A stretch of 64,000 bases of DNA from an uncultured Gammaproteobacteria bacterium (GTDB lineage: Bacteria; Patescibacteriota; Microgenomatia; Levybacterales; GWA1-39-11): assembly GCA_964450885.1 (NCBI GenBank), contig CAYVFE010000002.1, positions 116,494 through 180,493 of the forward strand, written 5' to 3'. The position numbers were made by a program, and so were the translations under genes. The notes below the pieces were generated by a model. That model saw only the letters and a list, made by a program, of their open reading frames with translations. It did no database searches and was not told the origin of the DNA. Shown piece after piece: positions 7,596 through 16,635 of this stretch (position 1 is its first letter; each line of letters starts with the position of its first letter).

Positions 7596-8951
7596 TTAAG
7601 AAGTTTTTATTTCTAAATCTTTTATCTCGGGGTTTAGATCGAAAACACTTTTTAGGATAATTTCCCTAAATTCCGGTTTGGAGAGTTTTTCCGCATGCAG
7701 AGAATACGGAGTGATTAGAGTCAAAGTAGGACCATTTATGCCTGCTTGTTTGCAGCTCCTCAAAAATGCTGCAACCTGTCTACTTTCTTTATGTACCAGA
7801 TCTATCAATTCTTTCAGCAACTCTGATTCTCCGCCAAGAGGTTTTTTAATCTCGGTATTATTAATCTGCTCATTCTCTTTAGGCTTCTGCTTCTTATCGT
7901 AACTATCCATTTTTATGATCTCGCTCCCTTTTTCATCCTCAGTAATACACCATTCCATCACCACAAGTTCAAGCGGAAGCTGGGGGACCACCGAAAATTT
8001 TGTAGTTGAATATGCTTCATTCAAAAGACTCAGTATCTTTTTGAAATCCGAGACCTTAAGCTCCGACTTTCCTGATGTCAAGTCCGTTCTCAACCTCCCG
8101 ACCATTCGCTCGATAACTATCCTAAAATCTATTCCTTCACTAGAGATTTTCTCGATAGATAAAAGAGCTCCTTTCATATCTTTTTTGTAGATATATCCCA
8201 AGAGTTTTTCTGACTGAGAGCTTGTAGAACCTGACTTATAAACTTTGTTTACGGTTTCCATGGTGATTTTATTTCCGTCCGAATTGATCATAAGCTCTTC
8301 AAGGATTTTTGCACCGTCCCTAAAACTTCCCTCACTGAGTTCAAAAATCTTCTCATACACCTCTTTCTCTATACCGATATCCTCGCCATCAACTATTCTT
8401 TTTATTGAATTTGAGATCTCCTCAAGATTTGGAGATTCAAATTTGACCGAAAATACTCGGGACAAAATCGTCTGCGGTATTTTATGAACCTCTGTTGTCG
8501 CAAGTATAAAAACTACATGTTCAGGTGGTTCCTCGAGAGTCTTTAACAGCGCATTGAAAGCTTCGTTGGTGAGCATGTGAACCTCGTCTATGATGTAGAC
8601 TTTTTTTGATAACCCAGAAGGAGAGAATTTGACTTTCTCGCGTAGTGACCTTATTTCATCTACTCCTCTATTTGACGCTGCGTCTATCTCAATGATATCT
8701 ATATTTGATCCCTCGGTTATTGATTTACATATATCACATTTATTGCAAGGCTCTATGCCTTTTTTATCCTGACAATTTATAGCTTTTGCAAGAATCCTAG
8801 CGCTGGAGGTTTTCCCAAGTCCACGGGGACCCACGAATAAAAAGGCGTGCGGGAGATTTTTTGAGGACAAAATTGATGTCAATTTTTCGCGGACGTCAAA
8901 AAGGTCGAGCTCCGAGATCTCTTGAGGTCTGTATTTCCGATAGTAAACCAT
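7596..8951 (-). CDS. dnaX: DNA polymerase III subunit gamma/tau (short form)
   Basis: 451 aa. MVYYRKYRPQEISELDLFDVREK...FLFVGPRGLGKTSSARILAKAINC (Walker A), Zn module CNKCDICKS, DEVHMLT (Walker B), SRxxxxF sensor 2. Confidence 0.85.
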   Translation of the reverse strand: MVYYRKYRPQEISELDLFDVREKLTSILSSKNLPHAFLFVGPRGLGKTSSARILAKAINCQDKKGIEPCNKCDICKSITEGSNIDIIEIDAASNRGVDEIRSLREKVKFSPSGLSKKVYIIDEVHMLTNEAFNALLKTLEEPPEHVVFILATTEVHKIPQTILSRVFSVKFESPNLEEISNSIKRIVDGEDIGIEKEVYEKIFELSEGSFRDGAKILEELMINSDGNKITMETVNKVYKSGSTSSQSEKLLGYIYKKDMKGALLSIEKISSEGIDFRIVIERMVGRLRTDLTSGKSELKVSDFKKILSLLNEAYSTTKFSVVPQLPLELVVMEWCITEDEKGSEIIKMDSYDKKQKPKENEQINNTEIKKPLGGESELLKELIDLVHKESRQVAAFLRSCKQAGINGPTLTLITPYSLHAEKLSKPEFREIILKSVFDLNPEIKDLEIKTS

Positions 8952-8990
8952 TGGAATTAGTTTATATCTTACTTTAGGTGAATAATCAAA

Positions 8991-9377
8991 CTACCCGTGA
9001 TGAATTCCCAGAAGATGTCTGACACTATGTTCCACAAGTTCTGATATTTTGTCATCGACCAACATGTTCTCACGACTTGACTCCTCGATGACCTTCGGAT
9101 AAGCGATAACTATATCCCCGAGGTACAACTTATTCGCAACAGGCGCAACCACATCACCCTCCTGCTGGGGAAATGACAAAACATTTGTAGACTTGTCTAT
9201 ATTACGGAATTTTTTATTAAGTCCCCTCATCTTCCGGTTCCCAACCACGGCAACAGATACTTCACAGGAAGCATTGATCTTGTGCTCATCCAGAATATTA
9301 TTAACAGACTCTTTAATCCTTTTGCGGTTAACTTTATATCTGCTTTCAATATAAATAGGAACGTTTACTGTAGCCAT
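8991..9377 (-). CDS. ybeY: rRNA maturation endoribonuclease YbeY
   Basis: 128 aa. C-terminal HSVRHLLGIHH is the YbeY HxxxHxxGxxH zinc motif. Earlier region has LGDIVIAYP, resembling the conserved GD(I/V)xI YbeY stretch. Confidence 0.8.
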   Translation of the reverse strand: MATVNVPIYIESRYKVNRKRIKESVNNILDEHKINASCEVSVAVVGNRKMRGLNKKFRNIDKSTNVLSFPQQEGDVVAPVANKLYLGDIVIAYPKVIEESSRENMLVDDKISELVEHSVRHLLGIHHG

Positions 9378-9397
9378 AGAATAGGGACCTACGGAAA

Positions 9398-9586
9398 TTA
9401 GACGATATTTTTCATCTTTCGATTAAGCTCTTTCCTGTATTTTTTTGCCACAGAAGGCTTAAGATGAAATTCTCTCTTTTTCATTTCCAAAATTATACCC
9501 TCAGACATAACCTGTCTGGAGAATTTTCTTATCATACTGTCTGGCGACTCACCAGGTCTTTTTTTAACAAATACCATTAAAAACAC
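9398..9586 (-). CDS. rpsU: 30S ribosomal protein S21
   Basis: 62 aa, basic. VFVKKRPGESPDSMIRKFSRQVMSEGIILEMKKREFHLKPSVAKK matches the S21 family (RRFKR-like, REFYEKPS-like). True start may be the second Met. Confidence 0.8.
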   Translation of the reverse strand: MFLMVFVKKRPGESPDSMIRKFSRQVMSEGIILEMKKREFHLKPSVAKKYRKELNRKMKNIV

Positions 9587-9664
9587 CCCCTCTTGTTCAG
9601 AAAGTATATTATATTACAATTTGACTTGGAAAAAAAGAAACTATATGAAGATTTACGATTTGGC

Positions 9665-9994
9665 CTATACTTTCAATCCCAAAGGTCCTCTCAAATGAAA
9701 ATGCAGATGGTCAATGGTCTGCGCTCCTCCAGCATATACTAGCACCTTATATCCTTTTCCATTTAGCCCTTTTTCTTCAACCACCTTTTTTATTCCTTTT
9801 CTGACAGATGAAAGGATCATATCATCACCATCTGAGAGCAAATCAAGACTATCAAAATGTTTTTTTGGGATAAATAGAACATGCACTTCTGATTGTGGAT
9901 TTATATCATCGAAAGCTACGATATTTTCATCCTCAAAATGAAGCTCTTTGGGTATCTCTTTTTTTACTATCTTGCAAAATATACAGTCGTTCAT
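9665..9994 (-). CDS. HIT-family (histidine triad) nucleotide hydrolase
   Basis: Start moved to MNDCIFCKI because the upstream part overlaps the response regulator. CIFCKI N-terminus, HVLFIPKKH, and C-terminal HLHFHL histidine triad. Confidence 0.75.
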   Translation of the reverse strand: MNDCIFCKIVKKEIPKELHFEDENIVAFDDINPQSEVHVLFIPKKHFDSLDLLSDGDDMILSSVRKGIKKVVEEKGLNGKGYKVLVYAGGAQTIDHLHFHLRGPLGLKV

Positions 9995-10013
9995 TTTTTT
10001 ATTATACCAAATC

Positions 10014-10370
10014 TCAATGCCTGAGCCTCTTGTCGACAACCTCCAGAAAGTGGTCTATCTCAAAAGGTTTTGCTATAAATTCGTCTGCGCCTGCTGCCTT
10101 CGCGCTTACATTTGCACTAGGATGTGCAGAAATCATAACAAGTGGTATATTTTTTGTCTTTTTATCGCTTTTTAATCTCCTCGCGATATCACGACCATCC
10201 TCACCTGACAAAAGCACATCAAGGAGTATCATATCTGGTTCAAACTCATCTAAAATCCCTGATATTCTTCCATTTTCGCTAGTTCTGACTTCATAATCAT
10301 TTTCCTCAAGAATAAATTTGACGACCTCCAAAATCGCTTCATCATCATCAATCGCAAGTATTTTTTTCAT
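10014..10370 (-). CDS. single-domain response regulator (CheY-like receiver only)
   Basis: 118 aa. MKKILAIDDDEAILE...PDMILLDVLLSGEDG...KNIPLVMISA receiver motifs with phospho-acceptor Asp in LLDV. No output domain. Starts 4 nt after the kinase stop. Confidence 0.8.
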   Translation of the reverse strand: MKKILAIDDDEAILEVVKFILEENDYEVRTSENGRISGILDEFEPDMILLDVLLSGEDGRDIARRLKSDKKTKNIPLVMISAHPSANVSAKAAGADEFIAKPFEIDHFLEVVDKRLRH

Positions 10371-10373
10371 AAA

Positions 10374-12758
10374 TTAATAAATCGGCAGTGCAAATTGAAA
10401 AACCGACCCTTTTTTCTTCTGGCTTGTTGCCCAAATTTCCCCATTATGCCTTTGTATGATTTCTTTGGAAATATAAAGCCCTATCCCAAGACCAGGGAAG
10501 GTCTTATCATTTACGTCTTTTACCCTATAAAATCTATCAAATATCTTTTCTGCCTCATCTTTATCCATACCTATACCATAATCTTTCACACTTACCAATA
10601 TGTTCTCGTTTCCATTTTTCATAGAAACAACGACCTTGTCCCTGTTCGGAGAATACTTGATCGCGTTGGAGATAAGATTTATGAGCACCTGAGAGATACG
10701 GTCACGGTCACCATTTATCTTTCTACTGATTTTGTTCCGCAAATGGATTTTATGCGTATTCGTAGTCTGCCTCAAATCTCCTATCACCTCTGTGACCAGC
10801 TCTGAAATATCAAAGGGCTCTGACTTATAGGAAAGCTTTCCAGTCTGAAGCTTCGAGAGATTTAGAAGATCTTCGATAAGCTCCATGAGCTTGTCGAGCT
10901 GAGCATCAACTCTATTTATAAACATTGCACTCCTACTATTCTGATAGTCTTTGTGCTCTTGTTTTAGAAGATGCATGAAGCCTTTGATGCTTGTAATCGG
11001 AGTCTTTAGTTCATGACTCGCGATACTTATGAAATCATCTTTTTTTCTCTCCAGCTCCTTACTTTGCGTGATGTCACTTATGATATTTACGACTGCACTG
11101 ATTTTTTCGCTATTATCTTTTATCGCTCTTGCTTTTACGATTGACCATCTTTTTTCTCCTGTTTTTTTATTTATGAAAAAAATAGCGTCTTGTGGATTAT
11201 GCTCGCCCGTAAGAGCACGCCTACCAGGAAGATTACTTGTATCATAAGGGTTATCGTTTTCATCCTTTACTTCATAAGCTTCCGACCATTTCTTTGGATT
11301 TTTTAGCATCTGCCTAACTGATTTATATCCTGACGCTAAAGCTGCTGCCCTATTCGCGTATACTAATTTCCCCAAACTGTCCTGTAGGGTTATGCCATCT
11401 GCTGTATTTTCGAGTATCGCCCCTAGCTGATCCCGCGAACTGCGCAGTTCATTCTCGATTTTTTTCCTTTTGTCGATCTCAAGCTTTGCCATATGATATA
11501 GCTTTGCATTCTCGACTGCCTGACCTGCCATATTTCCTAATTCTTGAGCAAATTTCAGATCCGATTCATCAAAATAACGGTTGTCCTGCGAAGATACAAG
11601 GCTTATTACTCCCAAAATTTTCTTCCCGCACTTGATCGGCACAGATATTACTGATCTAATGTTCAGTTTTTTAATTAGACGGATCTGCTCCTCACTTGCA
11701 TCGGAATTTACGATAAGTTTGTCCGTTATTTTTTTATATAACTCAGACTTTCCAGTCTTGAATACTCTATAAGTCGAACTTTTTTTGTCGTCAGCTGAAC
11801 CGAACTTTTTTTGCAGACCTTCTGCCCACTTGATCATATCAGGATCTTCATGCGCGATAACGACACTACTCAAAGTATGGCTATCACCGATATGGATCGA
11901 ACACCAATCCGCAACCTCGGGAACCATGATCTTTGCAAGCTTTCTTAAGGTCACACCAAAACTTAGAGAAGAAAAAAGTATCTTGTTTGCCTTGACCAAG
12001 TAATCATCATATTCTTTGTCTTTCCGCCTATATGTGTTATCTCTATCAAAAACACTTGTTCCGATCACCTGGCCATCATCACCCACAATGGGAGATATCT
12101 TTGCTATTATATCTATCACTTTCCCCTCCTTGGTAACACGCACTGTCTCGTAATCTTCAAGAAGTTTACCCTTTTTTAACATTTGACTTATTTTTTTTAG
12201 TTCATCCTTATTGTCCTTGGGTACGAGAAACGAAAAATGCTTTCCGATAACCTCAGGGGCTTTGTATCCGAAAAGATTTTCTGCAGCTTTATTCCAAGAC
12301 ACGATATTTCCCTCTATATCTCTACTTATGATTGCACTATCTGATGATTGAACTAAATTTTTGTAATGCACCAACTCCTCATGTTTTTTTAATTCGTTTG
12401 TGATATCGCGTCCGATCCCTATTACACCTACTATTTTTCCGTTCTCCATCTCTGGAGCACTTTTGAATTCGCCAAGTATATAGTTGCCTTTTTTTGATCT
12501 GATCCTTAACCGATAATAACTCCTGGATTCTCCTCTCAGAGTTTTGGAAAAATTTATCAAGGCTTTTGGCAGGTCTGCAGGATGAACGATTTGTGCAAAA
12601 TTTTTTCCTATCCACTCTTTTCGCTTCCAGCCTGTAATTTTCTCGAATGCTGAGCTCAGGGATGTAAAATTTCCTGATTTTGAGATTGTATATACTACGT
12701 CTGGAGCAAGCTCGACAATAGTCTTGTAACGAGCATCGCCCGGTAAATCATTATTCAT
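10374..12758 (-). CDS. sensor histidine kinase with multiple PAS and GAF domains
   Basis: 794 aa. Repeated PAS-like units, GAF-like segment, HisKA box FISIASHELKTPITSIKGF, HATPase_c N/G boxes (LINLISNAIKYS, DYGIGMD, GLGIGLYISKEII). No obvious TM segments, so likely cytoplasmic. Confidence 0.8.
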   Translation of the reverse strand: MNNDLPGDARYKTIVELAPDVVYTISKSGNFTSLSSAFEKITGWKRKEWIGKNFAQIVHPADLPKALINFSKTLRGESRSYYRLRIRSKKGNYILGEFKSAPEMENGKIVGVIGIGRDITNELKKHEELVHYKNLVQSSDSAIISRDIEGNIVSWNKAAENLFGYKAPEVIGKHFSFLVPKDNKDELKKISQMLKKGKLLEDYETVRVTKEGKVIDIIAKISPIVGDDGQVIGTSVFDRDNTYRRKDKEYDDYLVKANKILFSSLSFGVTLRKLAKIMVPEVADWCSIHIGDSHTLSSVVIAHEDPDMIKWAEGLQKKFGSADDKKSSTYRVFKTGKSELYKKITDKLIVNSDASEEQIRLIKKLNIRSVISVPIKCGKKILGVISLVSSQDNRYFDESDLKFAQELGNMAGQAVENAKLYHMAKLEIDKRKKIENELRSSRDQLGAILENTADGITLQDSLGKLVYANRAAALASGYKSVRQMLKNPKKWSEAYEVKDENDNPYDTSNLPGRRALTGEHNPQDAIFFINKKTGEKRWSIVKARAIKDNSEKISAVVNIISDITQSKELERKKDDFISIASHELKTPITSIKGFMHLLKQEHKDYQNSRSAMFINRVDAQLDKLMELIEDLLNLSKLQTGKLSYKSEPFDISELVTEVIGDLRQTTNTHKIHLRNKISRKINGDRDRISQVLINLISNAIKYSPNRDKVVVSMKNGNENILVSVKDYGIGMDKDEAEKIFDRFYRVKDVNDKTFPGLGIGLYISKEIIQRHNGEIWATSQKKKGSVFQFALPIY

Positions 12759-12872
12759 AAACTATCTCAACTTATGTGTCGTGAAGTAAAATAATTATAA
12801 ATCCCGAGAATAAGAAATATGTAAGAATGCGTTAAGAAATATAGTAAATCGAAAGTAAAAAAACGTCCTATA

Positions 12873-13319
12873 CTATTTGCTCCTGGTTATCCGTCCGACC
12901 AGATGTCCCCAAATAGATTTTTCGGATTTCTCGTTTTTGTAAGCTGCATGATATGCATTGTTTATATCCTCTATTGCATCACTAAATTCAAATCTTTTTA
13001 GGTCCATGTCGCCACCAGCATGAGCTCTAAGAGCACTCAAAGATTCTATTTGAGAACGACTTATAGCAATATTCGTTTTTTCGGGAATCTTATTGCCGTT
13101 TAATGCAAGGCGGTTATCGAAAGAGTACGCTAAATCATCATAGGTATCTACTTGATACGGCTCGTACCCGAACAGATCTATGTTTCTCATGACATACTCG
13201 TTGAGGTGGTTTGCCATGACCAGAACCGAACTTGTATTAACCGCTATTTCCAGAAAAGGATTTTCGGATATTATTTTCTGCGCTTGCTCCACAGCGGCGG
13301 CACCATTCTCTCTTTCCAT
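12873..13319 (-). CDS. hypothetical protein
   Basis: 148-aa ORF tightly upstream of ychF (stop/start 4 nt apart). Protein-like composition, no recognisable motif. Confidence 0.4.
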   Translation of the reverse strand: MERENGAAAVEQAQKIISENPFLEIAVNTSSVLVMANHLNEYVMRNIDLFGYEPYQVDTYDDLAYSFDNRLALNGNKIPEKTNIAISRSQIESLSALRAHAGGDMDLKRFEFSDAIEDINNAYHAAYKNEKSEKSIWGHLVGRITRSK

Positions 13320-13322
13320 AAT

Positions 13323-14423
13323 CTACCTTCCTATCTTGAATTCTACCACGTCTCCATCATTCATAATATAATCGCGGCCCTCCATCCGGGCTTTTCCTTT
13401 TTCGCGCGCGCCCTTCCATCCACCAAGCGTTATAAAGTCATCATACCGCACCACCTCTGCCTTTATGAACTTTGCCATAAAATCAGTATGGATAGCACCA
13501 CTTGCCTCAACTGCATTGCTACCATTTTTTATCGTCCAGGCCTTTACTTCGGTTTCTCCGCACGTAAGGTATGAGATCAGATCCAATTTTTCGTAGGCTT
13601 TATTTATGAGTCTCTCAAGACCTGACTTTTCTACACCCAGATCATTTAAGTATTCTTCTTGCTCATCTGAGGAAAGCTCGGCGAGCTCCGATTCAATCTT
13701 CGCGGAGATAACTACAAACTGCGAAGGATCAAACTCCAAAAGCTGTGAATATTTCTGAACTGTTTCTTTTATTTTTTCCTCAGAATAATCGTTCTCAGAA
13801 ACATTCAATACTATTATCTCCTGCTTCTGCGAAAGCAGATTTAATTCTCTGATAGACTCGTATTCTTCATCAGTCAGGTTGGCTGAGGAAATGCTTTTTC
13901 CTCCTGACAATATGTCTTTTAATTTAGTAACAGCAGATGCTTTTGTTTTATCCAGCTTGAGACTTTTCTCATTTATGTTGTCGAGTGTCTGCATATCTGA
14001 CAGAATCAACTCATAACGTATAGTTTCATAGTCGCTTTTCGGATCAACTGCGCCCTCTTTTATGACGTCTGCATCATCAAATACTCTAACTACATGGGCG
14101 ATAACTTTTACCTCCCGGATATGAGAAAGAAATTTATTTCCGAGCCCTTCTCCTTCACTGGCGCCTTTTACGAGACCTGCTATATCGACGAATTCGACTG
14201 TTGCTGATTTTATCGGAGGAAGATCTGACATACTTTCTTCTACCTTCGTAATTTCTGCAAGTCTCACCAAGCGTTCGTCGGGAACTGGAACTATTCCGGT
14301 ATTTGGCTCTATGGTTGCGAATGGATAATTTGCAGCAAGCGCCGCCTGCTTTTTCAAAAGTGCGTTAAACAATGTGGACTTCCCCACATTCGGAAGTCCC
14401 ACAATTCCTACAGATAGATTCAT
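13323..14423 (-). CDS. ychF: redox-regulated ribosome-binding ATPase YchF (Obg family)
   Basis: 366 aa. MNLSVGIVGLPNVGKSTLFNALL (G1), YPFATIEPN, C-terminal TGS domain ending VEFKIGR. Confidence 0.85.
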   Translation of the reverse strand: MNLSVGIVGLPNVGKSTLFNALLKKQAALAANYPFATIEPNTGIVPVPDERLVRLAEITKVEESMSDLPPIKSATVEFVDIAGLVKGASEGEGLGNKFLSHIREVKVIAHVVRVFDDADVIKEGAVDPKSDYETIRYELILSDMQTLDNINEKSLKLDKTKASAVTKLKDILSGGKSISSANLTDEEYESIRELNLLSQKQEIIVLNVSENDYSEEKIKETVQKYSQLLEFDPSQFVVISAKIESELAELSSDEQEEYLNDLGVEKSGLERLINKAYEKLDLISYLTCGETEVKAWTIKNGSNAVEASGAIHTDFMAKFIKAEVVRYDDFITLGGWKGAREKGKARMEGRDYIMNDGDVVEFKIGR

Positions 14424-14468
14424 AAAGGAAATTATACCATGAAGATAATCTAAACTATTATCCTTATC

Positions 14469-15074
14469 TCATTTCTCACCATTAAAATGCTTGTGGTCCT
14501 TATGAAGATTGTTGTAAATCCAGTAGGGCAAAATTCCGATTATATTAACGATGCTCGATATTACAAATAACGTTTTAAAACCAAACTTGGTCGCTATTAC
14601 TCCTCCAAGCGCGATAGCGATCCCCATGCCCGTAAATGTTATAGCATCATATGTGCTCCATGTCTTGGATGCCTGCTGCCTATTAAGATTTAGTGAAAAC
14701 ATCGGGTATTTGGCAGGCGATGATATTCCAAAGCTTATTCCCGCGATAATAAAGAATATATAAAAAGTTAAAAGACTGGGAATAAGTGCAATAAGTAAAT
14801 AGCAGCATGACAACAGCACCATCCCAGTCGCATCCGTAACCATACGCTTTCTGTCTGATGGAAAGCTAATAAGGTTACTTACAAAGAGCCCAACAATCAC
14901 CCTAACCAATAAATATAATGTAAATCCAAACGCTGCTGTTTGGACACTACCATTTGGCAACGCGCTGACAACATACACAGCGATTATAGGAGATACAAGA
15001 TTCCACGCAGACCAAAAAAAGGCTTCAGAAAAAATGAAAGCAAGGACAATGGGATTTATTTTTCGCAACATCAT
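14469..15074 (-). CDS. half-size MFS-like membrane protein (C-terminal 6-TM half only)
   Basis: 201 aa with about 6 hydrophobic helices that resemble an MFS TM7-TM12 half. No N-terminal half upstream (147-nt gap then a divergent gene). Confidence 0.45.
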   Translation of the reverse strand: MMLRKINPIVLAFIFSEAFFWSAWNLVSPIIAVYVVSALPNGSVQTAAFGFTLYLLVRVIVGLFVSNLISFPSDRKRMVTDATGMVLLSCCYLLIALIPSLLTFYIFFIIAGISFGISSPAKYPMFSLNLNRQQASKTWSTYDAITFTGMGIAIALGGVIATKFGFKTLFVISSIVNIIGILPYWIYNNLHKDHKHFNGEK

Positions 15075-15221
15075 TATATGAGTATATAGAATCTATAGCC
15101 TTGTTGCCAACCTGATTACCAGCATTCATTAATTTCTCAAAAATAATCTTCCTAGCTGACGAATAGGACAAACATACAAATAAATAGACTACTGCTTATA
15201 ATTAGGCTAATATATTTATAA

Positions 15222-15920
15222 ATGAATAGAAAGAAAATCTTTTTTGCTGCTGGGTTCATTGCATTAACCATAACTATATTCATTACGATTTATTTAGTCA
15301 GCCAGCAACAGGATCTTCGCCAACGAGCATCGGAAAGTATCCAGACACTGGTCGAATGCAACGCTCAAACTATTGCCTGCGATAAACAATTTCAGGACAA
15401 CAAAGCGCTTGCGTGTGCGAATAAATCTATAGTTGTAACTGAACTCATCAGCAGAGATGAGTCGCCCTGCAAAGGCAAAGACAGAGCTTTTGTAGAGCAG
15501 CAACTCAACGATGCATGCGCAAATGGATGCTCAGGTCCTACTGCAACCCCCAGAAGTCAAACAACAACTGCGCCAACCCAAACCCCGACATCGTCTCCCG
15601 CACCCACAAGCACGCAACCTACATCAACCATCTCACCCAACTCTACGAATGCTCCCACAATTCCGCCAACAATCGTACCTACATCATTACCAGAATCCAC
15701 ATCCTCCCCTAGTCCAACACTTGCATCAACCATCATCCCAACACCCACCCCTATATCATCCACAAGTGCCACCATGACTCCAACAGGGATTGCACCGACA
15801 GCAACATTTACTCCTACACCTATAATAGAGAATCCTGGGGGTCTGGAAAGTACTATTCTGATAACCTTCGGTGCAATAACGATAATTCTGCTGGGTGGAA
15901 TTCTTCTTTTTACCTTGTAG
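15222..15920 (+). CDS. hypothetical Thr/Pro-rich surface protein with N- and C-terminal hydrophobic segments
   Basis: 232 aa. N-terminal TM/signal (FFAAGFIALTITIFITIYLV), Cys-containing ~80-aa module, ~110 aa of TPTxxP low complexity, C-terminal hydrophobic tail ITFGAITIILLGGILLFTL. Confidence 0.5.
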   Translation: MNRKKIFFAAGFIALTITIFITIYLVSQQQDLRQRASESIQTLVECNAQTIACDKQFQDNKALACANKSIVVTELISRDESPCKGKDRAFVEQQLNDACANGCSGPTATPRSQTTTAPTQTPTSSPAPTSTQPTSTISPNSTNAPTIPPTIVPTSLPESTSSPSPTLASTIIPTPTPISSTSATMTPTGIAPTATFTPTPIIENPGGLESTILITFGAITIILLGGILLFTL

Positions 15921-15992
15921 CTTTATCACCAAAATAGTTTCAACTTGTAACACTCCCCTTACATTTATTTGTAAAAATCTAAATAAATTTAT

Positions 15993-16431
15993 GGAAACAA
16001 AAAAACTTATACAGATGGGTTTTATCCATTTTGTAATAATGTTTGTTCTGATGTATTCGATGGTCTATGCTTTCGACCATTTGTATTTTAATTTAAATAA
16101 GGTCTATATGGCAGCCATCATGACCGCCCCTATGCTAATTTTGGAAATTATTATGATGGGGCAAATGCATAAGAACAAAAAAGGTCTGGCGATAATCGCA
16201 GGACTTAGCATAATAGCACTCTTAATGTTTTTTATATTCATTAGACAGCAAACTTTTATTTATGACAAAGAGTTCTTGCGCTCGATGATCCCACATCATT
16301 CGAGTGCTATCCTGATGTGTAATGAGGGAAAAATAAATGATCAAGAGATTAAAAAGCTCTGCGAAGAGATCGTAAAAACCCAGAAGGAGGAGATCAATCA
16401 AATGAAAAATATACTTAGCAGATTAGACTAG
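15993..16431 (+). CDS. DUF305-family protein (copper-stress associated)
   Basis: Start chosen at METKK (the track ORF starts upstream at 15895). MIPHHSSAILMCNEG...EIVKTQKEEINQMKNIL matches the DUF305 HH/Q-E-I motif. Divergent from the cop cluster. Confidence 0.55.
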
Positions 16432-16635
16432 CTCTGCTTCGTACCCTGTTTCTTTTATTTGATTTATCAGGTCTTTTACAAGAACCGAATCCTCGATTTC
16501 AACTTCACATTGCTGCTTTGCATAATTCGTGTTTGAATTTTTAACACCACTAATGTTGTCTTCCAATTCACAATCGATATTCATGGCACAACTAGTACAG
16601 TGCATACCACTAATTTTCAGAACTATTTTTTTCAT
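16423..16635 (-). CDS. copZ: copper chaperone CopZ (HMA domain)
   Basis: 70 aa. MKKIVLKISGMHCTSCAMNI carries the GMxCxxC metal-binding motif. Confidence 0.8.
   Translation of the reverse strand: MKKIVLKISGMHCTSCAMNIDCELEDNISGVKNSNTNYAKQQCEVEIEDSVLVKDLINQIKETGYEAELV

Noticed and set aside
6757-7600. Possible RNase P RNA, tmRNA, SRP RNA or TPP riboswitch in the GC-rich structured region (both strands)
   Set aside because: Conserved cores were not found on either strand. These include RNase P P4 (aggaaagtccgg / acaraacccggctta), the tmRNA T-arm ggttcgantcc with tag ORF, SRP domain IV, and TPP (ctgaga…acctgatctggataatgc). Left as unclassified structured leader.
10395-12003. Plus-strand ORFs (136, 72, 63, 72 aa) antisense to the large histidine kinase
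   Set aside because: All lie within a continuous 794-aa kinase ORF with clear catalytic motifs. Compositions are hydrophobic/low-complexity.
15511-15953. Several overlapping ORFs on both strands within the Thr/Pro-rich region
   Set aside because: Generated by the ACN/CCN-rich repetitive coding sequence of 15222..15920. His/Gln/Pro-rich or Gly/Val-rich artefacts.
15895-15992. Upstream extension of the DUF305 gene (track start 15895, MEFFFLPCSF…)
   Set aside because: Would overlap the end of the preceding gene and adds a non-conserved hydrophobic leader. METKK at 15993 follows an A-rich spacer and gives a typical DUF305 length.
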